NCBI GenBank assembly: GCA_963784535.1
Contig: CAWARR010000006.1
Coordinates: forward strand, 1-64,000
Length of the DNA stretch: 64,000 nt
From: an uncultured Actinomycetota bacterium
GTDB lineage: Bacteria > Actinomycetota > Actinomycetes > Actinomycetales > Kineosporiaceae
Reading direction: 5' to 3'
The notes below the pieces were generated by a model. That model was given only the letters and a program-made list of their open reading frames with translations, did not search any database and was not told where the DNA came from. Shown here piece by piece: positions 32,680 through 42,319 of the stretch. Position 1 is the first letter of the stretch. Each line of letters begins with the position of its first letter. Position numbers and translations under genes: made by a program.

Positions 32680-34419
32680 TCAGCTGGACAGCGGGACTCT
32701 GCCGGCGAGGGCGCCGCGCGCGCCCGCCGCCGCACTGCCCCGGGGGGTCGGCGCGGTCCGGCCGCTCCCGGCGGGTGCGGGGCAGGGGTCGGGGCGGGCG
32801 GTGTCCAGCCGTTCCGCGAGGTTGAACCGGCTGGTCACCTCGATCGTCTGCGCCCGCGGAACGGTGAGCTGCACCCACCCGGCGGCGTCGGCGAGGCAGA
32901 GCGGGACCCCGGTGCCCGTGGCGGGGTCCACGGCGACCAGGTACGGGGACCAGCGCACCTGCAGCAGCACCGTCGCGGGCGCGCTGGTGGCGAGCGTGAC
33001 GCCCCCCGGTTCGACGGCGGCCACCCGTGCCCCGACGGCCAGCGGCGCCGGGTGGTCGACCCGGTAGAGGGTCCACTGCGGGGTGGACCACACCCGGTGC
33101 AGGTAGCTGGGGTCAGACCTCACCAGTTCCGCCTCGCGCACCGCCCCGAAGTCCAGCTTCGCGGTGGGAAGGGCAACCCAGCGCACCGCGAGCTGAGCCA
33201 GCCAGGCCTGGTAGCTGTCGGCGGTGAGCGCTCCCGGCCGGTAGAAGATCGAGTTCTGCGCCACGTCCGCCTGCCGGTCCCAGCCGCGGGCCAGCGCGAA
33301 CGGCGCGAGGTAGGCCGACGCCCAGTGGTTGGCCGTGTCCACCACCTCGACCCGGCCGCCGACGGCGGCGCCGCCGCCGCTGGCGGCCTCGCGCCTCAGC
33401 TCGGCGGCCAGCGGCGCGTAGTAGGCGGCCCGGGTCGAGGCGTCAGCGGCCGAGGACAACTGCCCGGCGAGGTCCCCGAGCGGCCAGAATGCGAGCAGGG
33501 CGGCGAGGGCGGCGAGCCAGCGGCGCGACCAGGTGGCGGTGGCGATCACGATGGGCGCGGCGCACATCCAGGAGAACCTGGTGATGTTGTTCCCCACCGC
33601 TCCGGGATCGACGAGGAAGACCACGGTGGCCAGGGCGGTCAGCCACGCCGTCGTGCGCAGCACCGGCGGGGGGCAGGCGAGCGCGACGGCGGCGCAGCCG
33701 AGCAGCGTGATCCAGGCGTTGGTGGGCGAGAAGGGCATGGTCCCGGTGCTCGGGAACAGCCCGGCCATCGCGGCGGCAATGGTGAGCAGGCCGCCGGCCG
33801 ACACCCACGCGGCGCGCCGCAGCTGCCGGTTCGTCCAGCCCGTGGCCACCAGAGCGATCCCGAGGAACAGGCCCGCCAGCGGGCTGGCCAGGTAGCTCAG
33901 CCAGCTCGCCGCGGCCGCGAGCACGGGGTGCCGGCGGCGCAGCAGCAACAAGGCCCAGGCGGCCACGCAGAAGCCGATGACGAAGGTGACCCGCCCGGCG
34001 AACAGGTCGGCGAGCTCGGCCACGGCGAACGCGATCGCCCCCGCCCGCGGCCGGGCGGTGCCCTCGAGCAGGTGCGCGGTGGCGACCACGCCGAGGACGG
34101 CTGCCAGCGCGCCGGCCGTGCAGACGCCGAGCCAGGCCATCAGGGCCGGTGACAGCAGGCTGTAGGTCGGCAGCGACAACCCGCCGAACCAGCCGGTCCA
34201 CCAGGACAGGTAGCCGGCCCGCCGCACGACCGCGGCCCGTGCCACCTGCGCCGCCAGGTCGGGGGAGTGGGGGGACCAGGCCAGGTAGACGGCCGACAGT
34301 GCCACCGCGGTGGCGGTTGCCGACACGACCGGTGAGCGCAGCCACTCCCGCAGCGGGGGGCCCGCGCCGGGCGGGACCCAGCGGGCGGAGCGGGGGCCGG
34401 CAGTGGCCTCGACGCTCAC
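32680..34419 (-). CDS. Large polytopic integral membrane protein with C-terminal extracytoplasmic domain (possible GT-C-type glycosyltransferase; function unknown)
   Basis: 579 aa intact ORF, >10 hydrophobic segments in first ~330 aa, soluble C-terminal ~230 aa. Confidence 0.5.
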   Translation of the reverse strand: MSVEATAGPRSARWVPPGAGPPLREWLRSPVVSATATAVALSAVYLAWSPHSPDLAAQVARAAVVRRAGYLSWWTGWFGGLSLPTYSLLSPALMAWLGVCTAGALAAVLGVVATAHLLEGTARPRAGAIAFAVAELADLFAGRVTFVIGFCVAAWALLLLRRRHPVLAAAASWLSYLASPLAGLFLGIALVATGWTNRQLRRAAWVSAGGLLTIAAAMAGLFPSTGTMPFSPTNAWITLLGCAAVALACPPPVLRTTAWLTALATVVFLVDPGAVGNNITRFSWMCAAPIVIATATWSRRWLAALAALLAFWPLGDLAGQLSSAADASTRAAYYAPLAAELRREAASGGGAAVGGRVEVVDTANHWASAYLAPFALARGWDRQADVAQNSIFYRPGALTADSYQAWLAQLAVRWVALPTAKLDFGAVREAELVRSDPSYLHRVWSTPQWTLYRVDHPAPLAVGARVAAVEPGGVTLATSAPATVLLQVRWSPYLVAVDPATGTGVPLCLADAAGWVQLTVPRAQTIEVTSRFNLAERLDTARPDPCPAPAGSGRTAPTPRGSAAAGARGALAGRVPLSS

Positions 34420-34560
34420 CTGTCGCCGGCCCGCACCGGCCGGAGGTCCCCCGCGCCCGCGTGCCCCCTGCGCAGGTTCAGCTCAGCCACGGCTCCGAGG
34501 ATAGGGCGGGCGAGGTCACGCGATCGCCAAGCCGGCCGGCCGCCGGGGTCGGCGGGTCGG

Positions 34561-35878
<1,318 letters not shown>

Positions 35879-35887
35879 GCCTGCGGC

Positions 35888-36310
35888 TCAGTACCGGAAG
35901 GGTCGCGGCGGCGCCTGCATGGGGGCGCGCGGGCACTGGGCGAGGGTGAGGTCGCCGAACCCGAGGGCCTCGTCCGAGAGGGTCTGCACGCTCCAGCCCT
36001 GCTGCGAGCCCAGCTGCGTGATGGTGACCCGGTAGATCGTGATCTCGTACTTGGTCGGGGTGCCGTAGGCGATCTGGATGCTTCCGAGCAGCCCCGCCCC
36101 ACCGGGAGCGGAGGCCGAGGCCCAGGGGCGGTCGTAGCGGTTCCAACGACTCGCCTCGGCCAGCCAGTTCCCCCCCGACGTCACGCCGTGCAGCGACAGC
36201 TCGACCAGGATGGCCCGGGCCGCTTCTTCGGGAACGATGGCCGCAGGACGGATCACCTCGGTGACCACGTCCTCGTCGAACGGGTCGTCGAGCTGGTAGT
36301 CGTTCGGCAT
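35888..36310 (-). CDS. Conserved hypothetical protein (140 aa)
   Basis: ATG (cat 36308-36310) with GGGAGG RBS; MPNDYQLDDPFDEDVVTEVIRPAAIVPEEAARAILVELSLHGVTSGGNWL... Confidence 0.5.
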   Translation of the reverse strand: MPNDYQLDDPFDEDVVTEVIRPAAIVPEEAARAILVELSLHGVTSGGNWLAEASRWNRYDRPWASASAPGGAGLLGSIQIAYGTPTKYEITIYRVTITQLGSQQGWSVQTLSDEALGFGDLTLAQCPRAPMQAPPRPFRY

Positions 36311-36546
36311 GCGGCCTCCCAGGTCCGTCACCCTCCCGATCACGGCGCCGAGTCGCCCCCCGGTCGACGACTCTATGTAGCTATTGGAGCACATTCTGCG
36401 ATTCCTCGTGGTGGGGGCCTGGTGCGAAGGCCGGGTGTGGTGCAGAATGACCCGCGGCAGACGCCACCGCAGCGTCACTGCCGGGCAGGATCACCACCGG
36501 ATGAGGTCGTTGGGGAAGACGCACCTCAGTCCAGGAGGAGGTCCAG

Positions 36547-37050
36547 ATGGCCGGTGCGACGACGCGTGGCGTCCTGTTCGTGCACTCCGCGCCGCGCGCG
36601 CTGTGCCCGCACATTGAGTGGGCGGCCGGCGGCGTTCTCGGGGTGCGCCTGGCGCTGGACTGGATTCCCCAGCCCGCCGCGCCGGGCTTGTACCGCACCG
36701 AGTTCTCCTGGCAGTTCGAGCAGGGGACCGGTGCCAGGCTCACGTCTGCCCTGCGCGGGTGGGCCCACCTGCGCTACGAGGTGAGCGAGGAACCCAGCTC
36801 CGGTGCCGACGGCGCGCGCTGGAGCCACACTCCGGAGCTGGGGATCTTCCACGCCGTCACCGACGTGCACGGCAACGTGGTGGTGCCCGAGGACCGGATC
36901 CGGGCGGCGCTGGAGCTGGGCGCGGGCGACCCGGAACGGATGCGCGCCGAGCTCGACCTGGCCCTGGGTCGCGCCTGGGACGAGGAGCTCGAGCCCTTCC
37001 GCTATGCCGGCGACGGCGCTCCCGTGAGGTGGCTGCACCGGGTGGGGTGA
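36547..37050 (+). CDS. DUF3145-family protein (actinobacterial, typically adjacent to FAS-II genes)
   Basis: 167 aa; MAGATTRGVLFVHSAPRALCPHIEWAAGGVLGVRLALDWIPQPAAPGLYRTEFSWQ...; RBS GGAGGAGG. Confidence 0.65.
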   Translation: MAGATTRGVLFVHSAPRALCPHIEWAAGGVLGVRLALDWIPQPAAPGLYRTEFSWQFEQGTGARLTSALRGWAHLRYEVSEEPSSGADGARWSHTPELGIFHAVTDVHGNVVVPEDRIRAALELGAGDPERMRAELDLALGRAWDEELEPFRYAGDGAPVRWLHRVG

Positions 37051-37152
37051 CCCCCCGGGGCAGCGCCGGCCGCGGCCGCCCCCAGAACGTGGCCACCCGG
37101 GCGGATCGGTGCCCGCTCGGGTGGCCACACCAGGTTCCCGACCGGTGCGCGC

Positions 37153-37180
37153 GGGACGGCGACGGGTCCGTCGCCGTCCC
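37153..37180. terminator. Strong GC hairpin (11-13 bp stem) between convergent DUF3145 and fabF genes; probable bidirectional terminator
   Basis: gggacggcgacgggtccgtcgccgtccc is a near-perfect palindrome; no U-tract (common in actinobacteria). Confidence 0.5.
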
Positions 37181-37191
37181 GCGGCCGGTGG

Positions 37192-38442
37192 CTACACCGA
37201 GCGGAACGCGACCGCCACGTTGTGCCCGCCGAACCCGAAGGAGTTGTTCAGCGCCGCCACGTCGCCGGCGCGCAGCGGTCGCGGCTCCTTGCGAACGACG
37301 TCCAGAGTGACCTCGGCATCGAGGTCGTCGACGTTGATGGTCGGGGGCGCGGTGCGGTGATAGAGGGCCAGCACGGTGAAGATGCCCTCGACCGCACCGG
37401 CGGCGCCGAGCAGGTGCCCGGTCATCGACTTCGTCGCCGACACCGCGACGGCGTCCACGGCCGTCCCGAAGGCGGTGTGCAGGGCCTTCACCTCCGCGAC
37501 GTCCCCCGCCGGGGTGGAGGTCGCGTGCGCGTTCACGTGCACCAGGTCGGCCACGTCGATGCCGCCGAGCTGCAGCGCCCCCAGCACGGCACGCGCCGCG
37601 CCGCGCCCTTCCGGATCCGGGGCGGCGATGTGGTAGCCGTCGGAGGTGAGCCCGGCCGAGGCGATCTCGGCGTAGATCCGGGCCCCCCGGGCCCGCGCGT
37701 GCTCCTCCGCCTCGAGCACCACCATGCCCGCCCCCTCGCCGAGCACGAAGCCGTCGCGGGAGCTGTCGTAGGGCCGGGATGCGGTCTCCGGGCTGTCGTT
37801 GCGCGTGGAGAGCGCCTGCATCGCGGCGAAGCCGGCGATGGGCAGCGGGTGGATGGCGGCCTCGGTCCCGCCGGCCAGCACCACGTCGGCGCGGCCGGAA
37901 CGGATCATGTCCATCCCCGCAGCGAACGCCTCCGCACCCGAGGCGCAGGCTGACACCGGCGTGTGCACCCCCGCGCCAGCCTTCAGCTCGATGCTGATCT
38001 GCGCGGCCGGAGAGTTGCTGATGAGCATCGGGACCGTCAGCGGGAGCACGCGCCGGGGGCCCTTCTCCTTGAGCGTGTCGTAGGCGTCCAGCAACGTCCA
38101 CACCCCGCCGATTCCGGACGCGCACACCACCCCGAGCCGCTCGTGCTCCACCTCCGGCGCCCCCGCGTCGGCCCACGCCTCGCGGGCGGCGACCACCGCG
38201 TACTGGGCGCTGGGGTCGAGCCGCTTCATCTCCACCCGGGTGAGGATCTGGTCGGGGCGCACCGCCAGCTCGCAGGCGAAGGTGACGGGCAGCGTGTGCC
38301 TGCTCACCCACTCGTGCGGCAGGGAGGCGGCGCCCGAGCGGCCCGCGAGGGCGGCTTCCCAGCTGCTGGGGACGTCCCCGCCGAGCGGCGTGGTGGCACC
38401 GAGGCCGGTGATGACGACACGGCGCTGCGAAGCGGTAACCAT
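37192..38442 (-). CDS. fabF: 3-oxoacyl-ACP synthase II (KAS II; FabF/KasA-like)
   Basis: MVTASQRRVVITGLGATTPLG...; active-site Cys region SACASGAEA, His-His region NAHATSTPAGD...GHLLGAAGA; ends NNSFGFGGHNVAVAFRSV. Confidence 0.95.
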   Translation of the reverse strand: MVTASQRRVVITGLGATTPLGGDVPSSWEAALAGRSGAASLPHEWVSRHTLPVTFACELAVRPDQILTRVEMKRLDPSAQYAVVAAREAWADAGAPEVEHERLGVVCASGIGGVWTLLDAYDTLKEKGPRRVLPLTVPMLISNSPAAQISIELKAGAGVHTPVSACASGAEAFAAGMDMIRSGRADVVLAGGTEAAIHPLPIAGFAAMQALSTRNDSPETASRPYDSSRDGFVLGEGAGMVVLEAEEHARARGARIYAEIASAGLTSDGYHIAAPDPEGRGAARAVLGALQLGGIDVADLVHVNAHATSTPAGDVAEVKALHTAFGTAVDAVAVSATKSMTGHLLGAAGAVEGIFTVLALYHRTAPPTINVDDLDAEVTLDVVRKEPRPLRAGDVAALNNSFGFGGHNVAVAFRSV

Positions 38443-38531
38443 GACGATCGTGTGCTCCTCGTGATCAGGGTGCTGCGGAGGTGCCCGTGCGGAGGGCGGG
38501 CGGGTGACCCCCGCCCTCCGCACAGGTCCGT

Positions 38532-38780
38532 TCAGCCCTGCGCGGACTGGATGTACGAGACGGCGTCGCCCACGGTCTTGAGGTTCTTGACGTCGTCGTC
38601 CGGGATCCGCACGCCGAACTTCTCCTCCGCGTTGACGACGATCGTCATCATGGACAGCGAGTCGATGTCCAGGTCGTCGGTGAACGACTTGTCCAGCTGG
38701 ACGGCGTCAGCCGGCAGTCCGGTCTCCTCGTTGACGATCTCGGCGAGACCGCTCAGGATCTCCTGCTCGCTCAGGGCCAT
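38532..38780 (-). CDS. acpP: Acyl carrier protein
   Basis: 82 aa; phosphopantetheine attachment DLDIDSLSMM. Confidence 0.95.
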   Translation of the reverse strand: MALSEQEILSGLAEIVNEETGLPADAVQLDKSFTDDLDIDSLSMMTIVVNAEEKFGVRIPDDDVKNLKTVGDAVSYIQSAQG

Positions 38781-38873
38781 TCCGGGGCACTCCTTAGTCC
38801 GTGGGTGAGGGTCTGCTGGTGCAGACCTGCTCGTTGAGGTGGTACGTGCTGTCCGCCGCCGTGGGGCGGGGTC

Positions 38874-39917
38874 TCAGGGCAGTTCCACGACCTGCGCAGC
38901 GTAGGCCAGCCCGGCACCGAAGCCGATGATCAGGGCGCGCCCGCCGTGCGCGACCTCGCCGTCAGCGAGCATCCGGTCCATCGCCAGCGGGATCGAAGCG
39001 GCGGAGGTGTTGCCGGTCTCGGCGATGTCGCGGGCCACCGGCACGTGCTCCGGCATCCGCAGCTCCTTGACCATCGCATCGATGATCCGCACGTTCGCCT
39101 GGTGGGGAATGAAGGCGTCGAGCTCACCGGCGGTGATCCCGGCGGCGTCGAGGGCCTTCTGGGCGACCGGGGACATCTGCCACACCGCCCACCGGAAGAC
39201 CTTCGGGCCCTCCATCTTCAGGTGCGGCCAGTCGTGCTCGGGGTCGTCGCGGTAGTCGATCCACGAGTGCCGGTTGACGATCGCCTCCCAGTGCTGGCCG
39301 TCGGCACCCCACACGGTGGGGCCGATCCCCGGGGTGGCGCTCGGCCCGACGACGACGGCTCCCGCGCCGTCACCGAAGATGAACGCCGTGGAGCGGTCGC
39401 GGATGTCGGTGAAGTCCGACAGCTTCTCCACCCCGACGACGAGCACGTGCCGGGCCGACCCGCCACGCACCATGTCCGAGGCGAGCGAGATCCCGTAGCA
39501 GAAGCCGGCGCAGGCGGCGGAGACGTCGAAGGCCGCGGCGGGGGAGGAGCCCAACCGGTGGGCGAGCAGGGTCGCGGACGACGGGGTCTGGTAGGGGTGG
39601 GTCACCGTGGCGACGATCACGGCGTCGATCTCCGCGGGGCTCAGCCCGGCGCGCTCGATCGCCGACCGGGAGGCGATCTCGGCCATGTCGGTAACCGACT
39701 CCTCGGGCGCCGCCCAGCGCCGGCTGACGATGCCGGAACGCTCGCGGATCCACTGGTCGGAGGAGTCGATGTACTCGCAGATCTCGTCGTTCGTCACCAC
39801 CCGCTCGGGCCGGTAGCTGCCCACCGACATCAGTCGGGCGTGGGCCGCACCGGTCTGGGTGGCCAGCGCCCTGCGTGCCGGTTCCGAGGCCGTACCGGGG
39901 TCGGCGCTGTCGGTCAT
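38874..39917 (-). CDS. fabH: 3-oxoacyl-ACP synthase III
   Basis: ...AACAGFCYGISLA... (active Cys), ...HQAN.RIIDA... , GFGAGLAYAAQVVELP C-terminus. Confidence 0.95.
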   Translation of the reverse strand: MTDSADPGTASEPARRALATQTGAAHARLMSVGSYRPERVVTNDEICEYIDSSDQWIRERSGIVSRRWAAPEESVTDMAEIASRSAIERAGLSPAEIDAVIVATVTHPYQTPSSATLLAHRLGSSPAAAFDVSAACAGFCYGISLASDMVRGGSARHVLVVGVEKLSDFTDIRDRSTAFIFGDGAGAVVVGPSATPGIGPTVWGADGQHWEAIVNRHSWIDYRDDPEHDWPHLKMEGPKVFRWAVWQMSPVAQKALDAAGITAGELDAFIPHQANVRIIDAMVKELRMPEHVPVARDIAETGNTSAASIPLAMDRMLADGEVAHGGRALIIGFGAGLAYAAQVVELP

Positions 39918-40915
39918 CGAGTGCCTCCTGTCAGGTCTACCTGCATCACCCCGGCCGCATGCGCCGCGATCAGCTCGCGTGCGGCGTCCAGGTCGTCCGG
40001 GGTCTTCAGGGCAACCACCTCGACGCCGGGCAGCGCCCGCTTGGCGAGGTTGGTCAGCGTCCCTGCCGGCGGCAGCTCGAGCAGGGCCGTGACCCCGAGC
40101 TCGCGCAGGGTGTCCATGCAGCTGTCCCAGCGCACCGGGTTGCGGACCTGCTCCACGAGGCGACCGAGGGCGTCGGCGCCGTCGCGGACGACCCGCCCGT
40201 CGGCGTTCGACAGCAACGGCGGGGTCGGCGCTGCCGGGGTGAGCCCGCGGGCCAGGGCGGCGAGCACGTCCACCGCCGGACCCATGTGGTGGGTGTGGAA
40301 GGCACCGGCGACCTTCAGCGGGATGATCCGCGCCCGGGCGGGCGGGTCGGCCGCCAGCTGCCCGAGCTGCTCCACCGTTCCGGCCGCAACCACCTGCCCG
40401 GCGCCGTTGAGGTTGGCCGGGGTCAGGCCGTGGCGGCGCAGCGCCTGCGCGACCTCGTCGGCGTCGCCGCCCAGCACGGCGCTCATCCCGGTGGGGGTGA
40501 CCGCGCTGGCGGCAGCCATCGCCCGGCCGCGCTCGCGGACCAGGACCATGGCCTGCTCCGCGGACAGCACCCCGGCGATCACCGCCGCGGTGAGCTCACC
40601 GACAGAGTGCCCGGCGGTGACGTCCGCCACCGGGCGGGGCTCCCCCGTGCCCCCGGAGGCGAGCGTCGCGAACCCGGCGAGCCCGGCGGCGACGATCAGT
40701 GGCTGTGCCACCGCGGTGTCGCGGATGGTCTCGGCGCCGGAGGTGGTGCCGTGGGCGAGCAGGTCCAGCCCGGTAACGGCGGACAACCAGCCCAGCTGGT
40801 CGGCGACTGCGGGCAGCTCGAGCCACGGCTGCAGGAACCCCGGGGTTTGGGAGCCCTGACCGGGGCAGACGACGGCAAGCACGGGATAAGGGTCCCCTCT
40901 GTCCGGGCCGGGCAC
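39914..40915 (-). CDS. fabD: ACP S-malonyltransferase
   Basis: ...VVCPGQGSQTPGFL...AGHSVGELTAAVIAGVL (GHSxG)...; start ambiguous (ATG 40915 or downstream GTG). Confidence 0.9.
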   Translation of the reverse strand: MPGPDRGDPYPVLAVVCPGQGSQTPGFLQPWLELPAVADQLGWLSAVTGLDLLAHGTTSGAETIRDTAVAQPLIVAAGLAGFATLASGGTGEPRPVADVTAGHSVGELTAAVIAGVLSAEQAMVLVRERGRAMAAASAVTPTGMSAVLGGDADEVAQALRRHGLTPANLNGAGQVVAAGTVEQLGQLAADPPARARIIPLKVAGAFHTHHMGPAVDVLAALARGLTPAAPTPPLLSNADGRVVRDGADALGRLVEQVRNPVRWDSCMDTLRELGVTALLELPPAGTLTNLAKRALPGVEVVALKTPDDLDAARELIAAHAAGVMQVDLTGGTR

Positions 40916-40980
40916 GTGCGGAGCCGACGACGAAGCTGCGGCCCGGTTGTTGGAGGGATCCTACAAACGCCCGATCGGAG

Positions 40981-42147
40981 TCAGCGTAGCGCGGGGGGTT
41001 CGGAGAGCCGACCTGCGCAGATGGCGACCTGGAGGACGAACCCCTCGCGGGCGGACGTCGGGTCCCAACCCGTGACGTCCGCCACACGCCGCAGCCGGTA
41101 GCGAACCGTGTTGGGATGCACGAACAGGGCGCGGGCGGTGCCCTCGACGGAACGGCCCGACTCCAGGTACGTGGCCGCCGTGTCCAGCAGGGTCGGGTCG
41201 GCGTCGGCCAGCGGCCGGTAGGCGCGATCGACCAGCGCCCGCCGCGCCGTCGCGTCGCCGCTGAGCAGCCGCTCGGGCAGCAGCTCGTCGGCGGCGACCG
41301 GGCGGGGCGCCCCCGGCCAGGCGCGGGCCGCCACCAGCCCGGCGAGCGCGGCCCGGGCCGAGCGGCCGGCGGCGGTCAGCTCCGGCATCTCCGGCCCGGT
41401 CACCACGGGGCCGGGGCCGAAGTGGGCCGCCAGCTGCGCGGCCACGGCCAGCGGCGCCTCGGCCTTGCCGAGCACCACCACGATCCGGTCACCCTGGACG
41501 CCGACCAGCGCGTCGGCACCGAGCCGGCGGGCGGCGCGGCGCAGGCGGTCCACCACCTCCTCGACCTGCCCGGCGGGGGTCGTGCCGGCAACCACGACGA
41601 CGCGGTCGGAGCCCACCCAACCCAGCGCCGCGGCCCGCGAGCGGAGCGCGTCGTCGGCCTCGCCGCGAACCAGTGCGTCGACGACCAGCGCCTCCAACCG
41701 GGCGTCCCAGGCTCCGCGGGCCTCGGCGGCGCGGGCATACACCTCGGCGGCGGCGAAGGCCACCTCCCGCGAGTAGCGCAGCACCGACTCGCGCAGTTGC
41801 TGCTCCGCCCCGGGCAGCGCGAGCTCGTTCACCTGGTCCTCGACGACGTCGACAACGGTGCGCAGCAGTTCGAGGGTCTGCTGCAGCGAGATGGATCGGG
41901 TGAGCTCGCGCGGGGCGGTGCCGAAGACGTCGACGGTGATCTGCAGGCCGCCGTCGGGTTCGCCGTACCAGGCGATGAACGCCGCGATGCCCGCCTGGGC
42001 GACCAGGCCCACCCATGAGCGGTCCTCCGGGGCCATCGCGCGGTACCAGGGCAGCCGGTCGTCCATCCGCTGCAACGCGGCGGTGGACAGCGCGCCCGTG
42101 CTGCGGCGTAGCCGCAGCAGCGTCGCCTCACCCGATCGGGCGTTCAC
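40981..42147 (-). CDS. PucR/CdaR-family transcriptional regulator upstream of the FAS-II operon
   Basis: C-terminal HTH ...ALFVHPNTVRYRLRRVADVTGWDPTSAREGFVLQVAI; N-terminus ...LSTAALQRMDDRLPWYRAMAPEDRSWVGLV resembles Rv2242-like regulators; start uncertain. Confidence 0.75.
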   Translation of the reverse strand: MNARSGEATLLRLRRSTGALSTAALQRMDDRLPWYRAMAPEDRSWVGLVAQAGIAAFIAWYGEPDGGLQITVDVFGTAPRELTRSISLQQTLELLRTVVDVVEDQVNELALPGAEQQLRESVLRYSREVAFAAAEVYARAAEARGAWDARLEALVVDALVRGEADDALRSRAAALGWVGSDRVVVVAGTTPAGQVEEVVDRLRRAARRLGADALVGVQGDRIVVVLGKAEAPLAVAAQLAAHFGPGPVVTGPEMPELTAAGRSARAALAGLVAARAWPGAPRPVAADELLPERLLSGDATARRALVDRAYRPLADADPTLLDTAATYLESGRSVEGTARALFVHPNTVRYRLRRVADVTGWDPTSAREGFVLQVAICAGRLSEPPALR

Positions 42148-42319
42148 CCGTGCAGGGTAGCCGCGCGCCGGGCCGGGAGCCCCGGTGCTTGGTGGAAGGC
42201 GACAAGGGGCCACTGCGGGTGCGCGATGCCCGGCTGCCGGGGTCATCCCGATGGCGGATCAGGCGGCGCCGGCCCGGTGCCGATACAGAGCACCGAACGG
42301 CGCAGGGGGGAGGGGGTCC

